Shown here in pieces: positions 1 through 11,100 of a DNA stretch of 64,000 bases. Made by a program: the position numbers and the translations under genes. The stretch lies in assembly GCA_020184695.1 (NCBI GenBank), contig JAANOX010000018.1, positions 216,560 to 280,559 of the forward strand. Reading direction: 5' to 3'. The notes under the pieces were generated by a model that did not search any database, was not told the origin of the DNA, and saw only the letters and a program-made list of their open reading frames with translations. How positions within the stretch are numbered: position 1 is the stretch's first letter; each line of letters opens with the position of its first letter. The stretch comes from Histomonas meleagridis 2922-C6/04-290x. Taxonomy: Eukaryota; Protista; Parabasalia.

Positions 1-78
1 TATAATTGGGATTTTTCAGTTCCATAACGATTTTTTTGTCTTGAAAATTTAAAGTGAAAAAATTTCAAACAGCTTTGA

Positions 79-1290
79 ATGTCTGGTCGAGAACGTATCC
101 CGAAAACAATTCGGCAGTACGAGCTGCAGAATGTCATAGGAAGAGGCTCATTCTCAGTTGTTTTCAAAACGCTTAATGTTTTGAATCAAAAAATATATGC
201 ATGTAAAGTATTTTCAAGATCTCAGATCACAGAAAAAAGCGATTTAGATAGATTCCAACGAGAAATCAATGCAATGGCATATATTCGTCATGAAAACATT
301 GTTACGTTGCATGATTTTTTATGGGATGAACATAATTTTTATTTAATTATGGACTTTTGTCCCGGTGGTGAGCTTTACCAATACATGATCCAGCATGGTA
401 AACTCTCAGAACCGGATGCAGCTCTAATATTTCGACAATTTGCTTCTGCTATAGCATGTTGTCATTCATACGGAGTTGCACACAGAGATCTCAAGCCCGA
501 GAATATTCTCATTGATGTTTTCCCACGTGTTAAAGTCAGTGATTTTGGTCTTTGTGGGTACATTGCCAAAGAAATCAACATGCAAACATTTTGTGGCTCA
601 CCATGTTATTGTAGTCCCGAATGTTTATGCAAAGTCTCATATGATGGTCGTCTTGCTGATGTTTGGAGTCTCGGTGTAATATTATATACAATGGTTACAG
701 GTAATAATCCATGGAATATCTCAAACACATCAATCATGATTCACCAAATCCTTAAAGGATCATACACAATGCCTCGTTATGTCTCAGATCAATGCGCAAG
801 CCTCATCAAAATGATGCTTCAAGTTAACCCCCAAAACCGTTATACGATGGCGCAAGTTTTGGAGCACCCCTGGCTCCGAGTTGGCGATGAATCAGCGTAT
901 GCGTCTATGGAACATCCTCCTGATATTGGGGGTGAGAACAACTCTTGCGCACAACCAATTCCATTATCAATAATCTCACAATTGTCTAAGAAACAAAGCA
1001 AAGTTTCACATGACGGAGTATTTTCGCCATTTGAAGACGAAGGAATTGGTAATAACCAAATACCACAAAGAGCTGAGCCAAGGTTATGTCTGAAGGACGG
1101 AATGTTGGGCAAAGTTCGCTCGGAAAATACACTTCGAAGAAGTGCAGCGATCGGACAGACGCAGAGAATACAGAAAAAGGCGAACAGAAGAGTGATGTCG
1201 AGGCAGAACGTTGTCCAGTTGCTGATGCCGAACGCATATCCGACACAGAGAAATAACAGCTTGCCAAAGATACTTTACACGTTCGCATAG
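79..1290 (+). CDS. CAMK-family (AMPK/SNF1/MARK-like) Ser/Thr protein kinase
   Basis: GRGSFS glycine loop, HRDLKPEN, DFG and GSPCYCSPE motifs; 403-aa intact ORF. Confidence 0.93.
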   Translation: MSGRERIPKTIRQYELQNVIGRGSFSVVFKTLNVLNQKIYACKVFSRSQITEKSDLDRFQREINAMAYIRHENIVTLHDFLWDEHNFYLIMDFCPGGELYQYMIQHGKLSEPDAALIFRQFASAIACCHSYGVAHRDLKPENILIDVFPRVKVSDFGLCGYIAKEINMQTFCGSPCYCSPECLCKVSYDGRLADVWSLGVILYTMVTGNNPWNISNTSIMIHQILKGSYTMPRYVSDQCASLIKMMLQVNPQNRYTMAQVLEHPWLRVGDESAYASMEHPPDIGGENNSCAQPIPLSIISQLSKKQSKVSHDGVFSPFEDEGIGNNQIPQRAEPRLCLKDGMLGKVRSENTLRRSAAIGQTQRIQKKANRRVMSRQNVVQLLMPNAYPTQRNNSLPKILYTFA

Positions 1291-1292
1291 AT

Positions 1293-1725
1293 TGTATGTT
1301 ATATATAAATATTGAATTAATTGTTAAATATTATGAATGAACTTTAGTGACGTGTTAATCATCAAAAGAAGTGAATTTGTTTTAAAGAGTTTAAACACCG
1401 TAAAGTTCGAGTAAATATTTCACTAAATATGATGTGTTTCATATTTTATTATTACTTTAATCTTTACACAAGTTTCTGTAAAATAGTAAATGTTGTAATT
1501 TTTATAGATACTTTTATGATGATTTGTTACAATGATGCAAATAAAATTGAAGATTTTCCATGTCTAAATTTTTCATGTGATTAATGAACCTTAAGCACTT
1601 TCTGTATGTTATATATAAATATTGAATTAATTGTTAAATATTAAGAATGAACTTTAGACACGTGTTAATCATCAAAAGAAAGTGAATTTGTTTCAAAGAG
1701 TTTAAACATCGCAAAGTTCGAGTAA
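1293..1725. repeat. Imperfect direct repeat of about 122 bp (1293-1414 and 1603-1725)
   Basis: Both copies read TGTATGTTATATATAAATATTGAATTAATTGTTAAATATTA...GTGTTAATCATCAAAAGAA...AAAGAGTTTAAACA...AAAGTTCGAGTAA with a few substitutions. Confidence 0.9.
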
Positions 1726-2189
1726 TAATTAATTCATCGCAATAAAGCTAATTTAGAAAATTCTATCTAAATATTTTTTTTCGAAATATTGAGCATCATA
1801 GATTTTTGTATATCGAATCGTAATGATGAATTCACAGGAGGAAAACTTATATAAATTGTTCAAGTGAAACAAAAAGATTAAATTTTTATTAGATGTTAAC
1901 ACTTTTTTGTTTCTTTGCTTCTTTTCCTTTCTTCAAAAACAAAATCAATGTCAGTAAAGTAACTAACGAAATGAACACATTTGCCACCTTAAATATTACT
2001 ATCAAGTCAGCATCTTTTAATAACATTAAAATTATCGACACACATGCAGAAGTTGGCACTCTCAATAATCCTATGAAAATATTGCTCCAAATCTTTCAGC
2101 AAAACTCTCAGTGATCGAAGAGTACTCAAGAGAAAAAGGTTATGAAAACTTGCTATAAATAGACCCACCGTAGAGAGACAAACAGTTTT

Positions 2190-2410
2190 TGAAAATACAA
2201 TTATGGGTTATTATGCTTGCTGTTATTTGACCAACAATTTCAACTATTTAATGCTTCTTCAATTTTTTGTAAATCAAAAATGTTATCTGAGAACATTTAT
2301 TTTTTTCATGTAATACTTTTGAGGATTCCTGCTAATGGCTAATGTGCCACTGCCTCTTCAAACACTTTTGCACCAATGAAACCAGTAGCTCCAATATCAG
2401 CAAATTTCAT
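2190..2410 (-). pseudogene. Decayed NAD(P)-binding Rossmann-fold oxidoreductase N-terminus
   Basis: Reads MKFADIGATGFIGAKVFEEAVAH*, then in shifted frames AISRNPQK and DNIFDLQKIEEAL; GxxGxxG motif; stops and frameshifts; downstream boundary approximate. Confidence 0.5.
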
Positions 2411-2700
2411 CCTAAAAAATGAAGTGGTCAATTTATTATTACTCAATTTTTGAGTTCTCATTTCATTAAAAACAAGAATTGCTTAAGTACATTAGTAATT
2501 AAAGTTGTTTTTAAAAATGTAAAGTGGTTATTATATCATATTATATAAAGCAAATTATTATTTAAGAAAATATTTTCAGTTTAATTTGCATTTTAATTTT
2601 GACTATTATTTAAAATTTAATTCATTTCTGCATTTTTCACTTATGTTATAAATTATTATATTTCACAGTATCAAATAATATTTTCATTACCGAAATTTTA

Positions 2701-4335
2701 CTATGATGAAAAATCATTTCTCATTTTTCTTATGAAAATAATAATAATTATGCATATCACAATAACAACAATTACCACAGATACTGTAATACCAACTATT
2801 TTCGCAGCATCGACATTTTGAGGCACTTCATTGTCAGCCTCTGTTGCGTCTTGATTTAATGTGAAATACTTCAACAGCACTTCTTTACGTGGTGTTGTTT
2901 CAACTCTTTCTCCACCTAATGATGTATGTTCCACGCTCCATCCATCCCATTCTCTAAATGCGTGATAAGTCCAATCCCATTGATGTTCTTCAGCAATTTT
3001 AATCACGTCCTCGATATAAAGTTCAGCACCTTCAGCCCATAGTATTGCCGAGAATTCGCCTACATAAATCTTTGCGTTATGCATATTTTGGAAATCAATT
3101 ATTTGTTGATATTGGGATTCTAATGTTGTTTTGTTATAATACTTATGATTATATGTTCCTGGATAAGCGCCAGTGTTATTTTGTGCTGATCCAACACCTT
3201 GATGAGTATAACTAGATGGATCATATATATGAACTGTATATATAATATCTTTCATTGGAAATGCATAATAATTATAATTAACAGTGGAATCAGGCCAATA
3301 ATGGAACTCAACAATTATCGGCGTGTATGGATCAATTTCGCGAATGATATTAGCTACATTATATTGACTTTGAACATAATGAATATTATCGTCATTACTC
3401 CAAAGTGGTTCATTAACTAAATCATAAGCCCAGACCATTGGAGAATCTTTAAATCGAGTCGCTATCTTCCGCCAGACTTCAATAAATGCATCATGTAATG
3501 TTTCGTTTCGATACATCCGATTAATTGTATCTTTGCCGCCGGGTGTATGATGTAAATCAATGACTATCCATAGCTTAAGTTTTTGTGCTGTCTGTAAAAC
3601 TAATTCAAGTTCATCAAGTTTACGGTCAATCCATTCATTATATTGAGTGAGATTATTATCATCGCCATTATATGAATTGATTTGCCATCGGAAGATGTTT
3701 CCGCCCCAACTTTTGAAATCGACAAAATCTTCTTCATGATAAACAACAGGGGACATAGCACCGCGTGCTCTTCCTCGAGATGTAACACGACGTGTATATT
3801 CACATTGGTAATCAAGTGGAACAGTGAAATCTGGCTCATGACTCTTTTTGATTTCAAATGTCATATTACTAAAGTAAACAGTTCCCGTGGAATCTTGAAG
3901 ACCAAGAAACAGACGGCCATCAGAAAGAAAATCGGTGGCAAATGTGATGATTTCAAAGCTTACTTTGGTCCATGAATTGGTTCCATATGTTATTGTGCTT
4001 TGAGCCGGATAAAGTGTTACATTGTTCTTGTTATATACATACATGAGTTTAATTCCATTGAAACTTTGTTGTGGTTGAGAAACATCTTCAGACGCTATAT
4101 AAGCAGTAATATAAAGTGTGTAATGTGCAAATTCCTCCACCGAAAAATTATAGTAGGCACCATGGGAAGTCGATTTTTTTGATTCATCAGTCCATTGAAC
4201 TTTCAAACATTTGCGACCTGAATATTCTGTTAATTGTACATAATCTGGGAAACTGATGAAATATTTATCAGACGTAAAGTCTTCTACACGAACAACATCG
4301 GATAGAGCTAGACATATCAGATGGAAGAAAAACAT
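2701..4335 (-). CDS. Membrane-anchored glycoside hydrolase family 5 (cellulase-like) with an N-terminal CBM-like domain
   Basis: IDLHH, YDLVNEP (acid/base Glu) and YVGEFS (nucleophile Glu) motifs; short signal peptide; C-terminal TM helix followed by RKMR. Confidence 0.88.
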   Translation of the reverse strand: MFFFHLICLALSDVVRVEDFTSDKYFISFPDYVQLTEYSGRKCLKVQWTDESKKSTSHGAYYNFSVEEFAHYTLYITAYIASEDVSQPQQSFNGIKLMYVYNKNNVTLYPAQSTITYGTNSWTKVSFEIITFATDFLSDGRLFLGLQDSTGTVYFSNMTFEIKKSHEPDFTVPLDYQCEYTRRVTSRGRARGAMSPVVYHEEDFVDFKSWGGNIFRWQINSYNGDDNNLTQYNEWIDRKLDELELVLQTAQKLKLWIVIDLHHTPGGKDTINRMYRNETLHDAFIEVWRKIATRFKDSPMVWAYDLVNEPLWSNDDNIHYVQSQYNVANIIREIDPYTPIIVEFHYWPDSTVNYNYYAFPMKDIIYTVHIYDPSSYTHQGVGSAQNNTGAYPGTYNHKYYNKTTLESQYQQIIDFQNMHNAKIYVGEFSAILWAEGAELYIEDVIKIAEEHQWDWTYHAFREWDGWSVEHTSLGGERVETTPRKEVLLKYFTLNQDATEADNEVPQNVDAAKIVGITVSVVIVVIVICIIIIIFIRKMRNDFSS

Positions 4336-4691
4336 GAATTTTTTTTGTTAGGTAAATCTGGAGTTAAACTGTTGAAAATTGAACGTTGTTGTCAAATTCT
4401 GAAATTCAAAATTCAATTAAACTTCGAATGAAGAATAACCCAAAAAACATCGATCGACTTTTCTGCACTGTCTGTAGTTGAAGTACTTTGCAATTCTTAC
4501 ATTTATTCATAATGGTATCATAATTTATGATTGAAAAAGTTTTTCACAATGTAGGAATTTTCCATCATTTTAATCAGACAAAGAAAATAAACGCTTGTGA
4601 TTTCATTCCCTTTTAATAATAATTTTGAAAAAATTTTAATACTTTCATTAATGTATTGTTTACACAAACTTTACAAATATAATCTAATTTT

Positions 4692-5495
4692 TTAATGAAG
4701 GCCGTTAATAAACTTAGTCACTCTCTCAAGAACAAATGCACCTGCAACAAAGCATCCGAAATTGATCGCAAACTTCTTAATGCCTGCTTTAACCTCATCC
4801 TCGCCATTTTCCTCAACAAGTTTTTCGTACCAACTCTTTGCTTTTTTAACATGCATTTGGGAGCGATTTGCGTTGCGCGTTCCAAGATTGTTGAATGTTT
4901 CAATTGTTGGCTCATTAGTGTTCATGGTTCCTACAGGAAATTCGGTTGGTGGCTGTGGAGTTGGGTCAACACCTTGTCTGAGCTCTAAAATTTGTTGTTG
5001 TTCATCATTTCCTTGGATTTCTTCGATATTTTCTTCATCAGATTTTGTTTGAGTTTCTTCTTGGTTTTTATCTTCAATTTCTTCAACTTGCTCCTCTTCT
5101 TCGTGGTAATTATTTGCGTTTTCGGCTTTTGAATCTACTATATTTTCATTTTTATTATCTGTTGTATTTTTTTCCTCTATAATTTTCTCATTACAAAGAA
5201 TTTCTCCTTCGGGATTTTCTTGAGTTTCATTTTTGTTTTCTTCTACATTTTCTTGAGTTTGCTTCTCTTCATGATTTGATTTTTCATTTGATTCTTCTTC
5301 AATATTTTGTTCACCAGAAGTTTCATTGTTTTGCATACCATTTATATCTGTGGATTGCTTTTCCTGTGTGCCCAAATTTTGAGATTCAAAAGATTGATTA
5401 ACATCTTTATCATTTACTTCATTGGTTTCTTCATCGGCAGGAAGCTGTTGTTCTTCTGATGGTAATTGTTCCTTGTTTGCTTCATCATTGCTCAT
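4692..5495 (-). CDS. Acidic low-complexity protein with a C-terminal hydrophobic segment (possibly tail-anchored)
   Basis: E/N/Q-rich ORF; likely ATG at 5495 (MSNDEAN); FAINFGCFVAGAFVL near the C-terminus. Confidence 0.7.
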   Translation of the reverse strand: MSNDEANKEQLPSEEQQLPADEETNEVNDKDVNQSFESQNLGTQEKQSTDINGMQNNETSGEQNIEEESNEKSNHEEKQTQENVEENKNETQENPEGEILCNEKIIEEKNTTDNKNENIVDSKAENANNYHEEEEQVEEIEDKNQEETQTKSDEENIEEIQGNDEQQQILELRQGVDPTPQPPTEFPVGTMNTNEPTIETFNNLGTRNANRSQMHVKKAKSWYEKLVEENGEDEVKAGIKKFAINFGCFVAGAFVLERVTKFINGLH

Positions 5496-5609
5496 TTTGG
5501 CCGAAAAATTTATTCCAAAACCGTTAAATCCAAAAAATCGGTTTTTCATTAAAACATTCGCTTTGAGCTCAATAAAAAACATCGAGCCGAAATGACATTA
5601 CAAACAATT

Positions 5610-6245
5610 TTATTTCTTGGTAGGATTATGATATATTATCTTATCATATCTTTTTAATTCTTCCATCAAATCCTTGTTTTCATCATATAAACGTACAATT
5701 TCTAGGTCTATTTTAGTTAAGCTTTTTCCATAATTTTGGTTTCCTTGTTTAGAATCATTTTTTGTCATTTCATTTTCTTTAATGTTCTGAATTTCTTTTG
5801 ATAATTTCTCATTTGTTCTTTTTATTGACTTTAACTCAGTATTTAATTCTTCAATTTGTCTTTGATATATAAGATTTTTCAATGTATTTTGTTTTTGCAT
5901 ATTACTCTTTCTTAGATTTATTTCGGCTTCTAATTGCGAGTTTTGTTTTGTTTTCTGTATTTCTTTTTTATATTGTTCCTTTAAATCGTTAATTTCTTTT
6001 TTCTGTTTTTCCTTTAAATTTTCGATTTCACTTATAGATTCCTTTTGATAATTCTCAATTTCATTTGATACATCAATTATTTCTTCATGTAACCTTTCTT
6101 TTTTCTTATTATTTGATAATTTTTTATCATGTAATATTCTTTCCATTTCTTCAACTTGCCTATTTAGTTCTTCAATCATCATATCTTTTTCTTCTATTAT
6201 TTCTTTTGTCTCTCTCTTTAATTTTTCTACGTTATTTGTATTCAT
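5610..6245 (-). CDS. Coiled-coil hypothetical protein
   Basis: 211-aa K/E-rich ORF with heptad-like pattern. Confidence 0.7.
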   Translation of the reverse strand: MNTNNVEKLKRETKEIIEEKDMMIEELNRQVEEMERILHDKKLSNNKKKERLHEEIIDVSNEIENYQKESISEIENLKEKQKKEINDLKEQYKKEIQKTKQNSQLEAEINLRKSNMQKQNTLKNLIYQRQIEELNTELKSIKRTNEKLSKEIQNIKENEMTKNDSKQGNQNYGKSLTKIDLEIVRLYDENKDLMEELKRYDKIIYHNPTKK

Positions 6246-6354
6246 TTTTCCAAATTTTCTTATTCCAGAAGACGATTAAAAAGTAAACGAATTTTTACAT
6301 TTATTTGCTGATTAAATTTCTTCATATTAAAACTATTTCATAGAACTTTAAAGT

Positions 6355-8052
6355 TTATTTATTGATATTTTTAATAGCGAATTCCAAAATTCCGACATAC
6401 TCCTTCAACACTTTGGAGTTCGGGAATTGGATCAAAGCTGCCTGCAGCAGCTCCTCTTTCTTCGGGTGTTCCAACATCACAGCCAGCGCGACCACCTTTT
6501 CTATTATTTGTCTATATTTCGAGTATTTATCGACCAACTTCATCACAGTTGGGAGGACCGAATGGTTTTCCTTCAGTTGATTTACGAGTCCATTTTTTGC
6601 GCACATATACAAATATTTAAGGAACATGTTAATGTCGTCCGGGTCATTGTTATGTGTTGTTATCATTAGTGTTGTGAACTGAATAATTTTCAGCTTTTGT
6701 ATTGCTTCAGTTGTGTAAGGAATTGCCTCGATTAATATCCAATATATATCTCTGATTACTTCGATTTTCTTGTTATTAGCTATAGCGATTGGCATTATGT
6801 TCTCGATGCAATCCAAGGCGAATTTCTTCTTTTCGGGAGTGTTCCCTTCTTCAGTAGTACATTGGAATATCTTCGTCATGATAATGAAACATATATTGAG
6901 TATCAAATGATTTGTCTTGTTCGTCTTTAACATTTCAAAGACCCAATTCATTGCTTCGCCATTACGTATTTCCAAAACAATTTTCTCGCTAAATGTTAAC
7001 TTTGTTAACAAGTTGAATGAGTTCGTTGTTTTGTATTTTAATATCAAATTTAATATGTTTCGTTTCTCTAATATTTCGATTGTTCCATTTTTGTTTGTTA
7101 CAACTCGAAATATAATTAAAAATAATTTGTCAAATTCTTCTTCGCTTAATTCTAAGTTAAAACAATCGATGAACGCTTCGAGAAGTTCAGACTTGGCAAA
7201 ATGTGAATATAATTCTTTCGGACAGAAATATACAATACCAACAATATCCTCAATGATGGTGACATTGTCTTTGTACTCTAAAAGAGCTTTGTCAATGCCT
7301 TGAACATTACGCCATGCATCTTTATAGCCATTACGAACAAAAAATGAAATGATAGCTAACATGATATCGACTACTGATTCAGAGGTAAGATGAAGCTGAA
7401 GGATTCCAAGTAATAATTCGGGAATTCCGGCTTGATCTAGATATGTGAGTGTCTCGCGAGTGATTGTTCCGCCATTAAGAAGCTTAAGAATTTCATGGAA
7501 TGTTGGCGTAAGCTCTTTTTGATCAAATAAATTGTTACATAAGTCACTAAATGGTTTAAGTTTTTCATCATTCTTATTAATTTTGGGGATACCATAGTTG
7601 TTTAAAAGACACTCATCAATAAATTGACTGCCTAGTCCTTTGGGATTGATTAAAATGGCTTTGTTATAATAACTGATGGCTTCCATGATATCACCTTGCT
7701 TTTCTTTGATTTGTCCCTGACGAATAAAGGCATTACTGAAATGTGGATAAAGAATATCTTTACGTTTGTGTTGCGTTTTTTCAAATTCTCTAGGACGCAT
7801 CATATCAAAAACTGTAATTGCTTCAATTGAAGCTTTAGATGCTTTATCAAGTTCACCAATTTCAATATAACATTGTGAAGCCAAGTTAAAGCAATTCATT
7901 TTTATTGCAGCTTTTTTATCATTATCAACAAATAAATTGTCAGTCACCATTTTGAAGTCTTTTACTGCTTCTTGATAATTATGTTTTTTCATACGTTCTA
8001 CTCCCATTTTTTTACGATTCATTAATCCTTCGAAAGTAAAGCCATCATTCAT
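6355..8052 (-). CDS. TPR-containing protein with an ARM/HEAT-like helical C-terminus
   Basis: TPR-like NAFIRQGQIKEKQGDIMEAISYYNKAILINPK; 565-aa intact ORF. Confidence 0.75.
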   Translation of the reverse strand: MNDGFTFEGLMNRKKMGVERMKKHNYQEAVKDFKMVTDNLFVDNDKKAAIKMNCFNLASQCYIEIGELDKASKASIEAITVFDMMRPREFEKTQHKRKDILYPHFSNAFIRQGQIKEKQGDIMEAISYYNKAILINPKGLGSQFIDECLLNNYGIPKINKNDEKLKPFSDLCNNLFDQKELTPTFHEILKLLNGGTITRETLTYLDQAGIPELLLGILQLHLTSESVVDIMLAIISFFVRNGYKDAWRNVQGIDKALLEYKDNVTIIEDIVGIVYFCPKELYSHFAKSELLEAFIDCFNLELSEEEFDKLFLIIFRVVTNKNGTIEILEKRNILNLILKYKTTNSFNLLTKLTFSEKIVLEIRNGEAMNWVFEMLKTNKTNHLILNICFIIMTKIFQCTTEEGNTPEKKKFALDCIENIMPIAIANNKKIEVIRDIYWILIEAIPYTTEAIQKLKIIQFTTLMITTHNNDPDDINMFLKYLYMCAKNGLVNQLKENHSVLPTVMKLVDKYSKYRQIIEKVVALAVMLEHPKKEELLQAALIQFPNSKVLKEYVGILEFAIKNINK

Positions 8053-8166
8053 TGGTTTTAAGTGGGTGTGGGAAAGTGACGGTTGTCGTTGAAAAAGTAA
8101 AATAAACGAACTCGATTCAAAACTTCATTTCACATTTCAATTTTTATTAATTACATTTTTTTAAAT

Positions 8167-11100
8167 TTATTTATTTCTAGAAACGTCCAAAAATGAACAA
8201 GTATTTATAGAATTATCATCCATGATGAAATATAATTTTAGGTCATTCATAGAATATGCGAAATCTAGAACTTTATGTTCGACTCTTAACCAGAAAATAG
8301 TTTCGAGATCATAAGCTCTTAAGATATGAATCTTTCCATCATCTTGAGCAATAACCAAAAACGCCGAAGCGTCGAAATTTTCAATAATTTTAGCAGCAGT
8401 AGAAATACCATTAATTTCGATTTCTTTTATAATTCGACAACTCATATCAACTAACATTATCTTAGTTTTATTATTCATTTCATGATAAACATCAAATAAT
8501 AAAATGTAAATTCCAAGATTTGATATTAAAATCGATTTCGGAACTTCATTAATTTTCGATTTATGTAAAAATTCGCCATTTTTTAATGATGATATTACAA
8601 AGTTACCATTAGTATCACAACTAACAACAACTTGTAACATCATAGATACTGCTAACGCTGCAATAGGATAAATATGTGCAACAATTAATGAAATCGGAAT
8701 TCCAGAATCTAAATTCCATACAATAATTGATGAATCATCTGAACCTGTGATACAAAAATCTTTATCTGCTACAATTATAGAGATAGCTGTTAAATGTTGT
8801 TTGGATGATTCATACTTTTTAGTCTTGGATATCCTCCAAAATGTATGTGAATAAGGTTCAGAAAACAAAACATATGATTCTTTCTTATAATTTGTGCCTA
8901 AAATAATTCTTTCATTAGGAACTTGCATTGTTAATATTGTTTGAGGATCTTTTAATAATTCAATATTATCATTTTCAAACACATAACTAACAAATTTCCC
9001 ATCATTTAATAATATATCAAAACCGTTTTCGTTTGTTTTGATTTTGATCGGCATTTTTTCGAACTTTTTCAATGTTTTATGCTGTAAAGTTAATGCATTT
9101 GCATTATGTAATAATAATGAAAAAGGAGGTTTAAATTGTCTTTGAGGATGCGAAGTATTAAATAACTTATTCGGAGTTATACCGAAGTTAGCAGCATGTT
9201 GTTGAATTGTCGGAATTGAATCAGGTTCTTGTGTAATTGATATCGAATTTGAATACGGATGAAACAGATTATTATATTCTATTAAATCTTGTTTACACCC
9301 GAATATTAAATCGATCCATTCATTTAAATGTTCTGATACATATCTAGATTCTAATGCTATTCTATTCATTACTATATAACTTAAATGACTTTTAGCCCAT
9401 TTTGGTAAAGCTACATCACCAACAGGTTGTGTAACACCATCAGAATTATAATAATTACCTAAGTCATAGTTATCTTCATTAATTAAGAATTCAGGTGTTG
9501 AATAAAACTCAGGAATTAATTCTCTAAAATCATTTAATGCATTATATATTGAATTCCATGTAGAACGGATTCCTGTAAATAATCGATTCGGATTATCGAA
9601 TTTACCTTTTTGTAATTGGATATGTAACGTAGTAAATGGTTCTTTCCGTATTAAAAATGATATTACATATGCAGGCGCTGAATAATGGAATCGATATAGA
9701 CATGAAAAAGGTGAATCTCTTGAATCATCATATAATTCCCTTAAACTACGAAGTCGATCTTCATTTAATGCTCCAATCGGTTTAGATAAATCTCGATATA
9801 TTGACTTATCATAAAAATCAAGAACTTTATTATCATAATCTTGAATAACCCATGGATAAATTGGGTATTGACTTAAGTCATGGAATGATCGACCACTTAA
9901 CATGTTTAACCAATAAATATATTCATAATTACTAATGTTACCATTCATCCATTTAAGTTGTAGTTTCAAATTAGTAAATAATTTATGTGCTGATCCTGTT
10001 TGAATGAATAAAAGATTTTTAGGTTTAAACTTTTGGATTTCGGTGAAAAACATTGTGCGATGTTTATTATTTTGTAATATGAAGAAAAATGATGTATCAT
10101 AATCAGTAAAGACTTCAATCGCTGTATCGATATGTAAATATTTACGTTTAAGTATGAATTTGATTTCATTTAATGGAATTTCTATTAATTTTGATGTCTT
10201 ATCTAGTAAATCACCAAATGCATCTGTCGTTTGTTTAGCTTCAAAATATATTGCCGAATTTGATACATACATTGTGCCTTTGAAATACTTTGTAACTGTA
10301 ACCATTTGTGAATCTAATTCTAATGTATAATTATCTGGTGATTCAATCGCATCGTCTTTGGATTCAATTTCGATGTGTTGTAAAGATTTCAATTGGTTGT
10401 CACTTTCGCCCGAATCACGCAAAAGTGACGCGTCTTTATGATCAGTAAAATGTCGATTAACTTTAAACTTATTACGGCGACCTATTAAATCTAATACAGT
10501 ACTGAATTTATAATGTGGGTTTTCAGGTATTGTATTCCATGGACCACCATTTTGATTATGTAATGATTTAATAAGATTTCTCCAGAAATGGATATCACTA
10601 CTTTTAATTCGGGAAATTTCAGTTGTAAAGTTTGTGACTTTATTATATAATAATGGATAAATCGGATTAAGTTTTTGGAATGTATCAATGAAGAATCGTT
10701 GAAATGCATCTTTTAATGAATTATTTAATGTTAACAAAGATTTAGTAAATTCTTTTTCATATAAAGGAATGATATTTGTGAATTCTTTTGTGACATTTTC
10801 TTTTAATTCTGTTGATAATTCATTGATTGGAACTTTTGATGTGTTTTTACTTTGATCAATAATTTTAATAATTTCTAATATTTCATTTAAACATTTTTCA
10901 TCTTTAACAAAAGAATTATATAATATTATAAATCCGTCGAGATAATTTGAACTTAAATTATTTTTCTTAATATTTTCGAATAGATTTTCTAATAAACTTT
11001 TTGCATCGATTGGAAGTTGAGTTGAAATTAATTGGATATAATAACAAATTAAAGTGAAATTATTAATATTTGGTATTAATTGTGATTTCTTATTATAGAA

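Noticed and set aside
1893-2114. 73-aa plus-strand ORF
   Set aside because: Short, no recognisable motif, and lies in a degraded AT-rich region.
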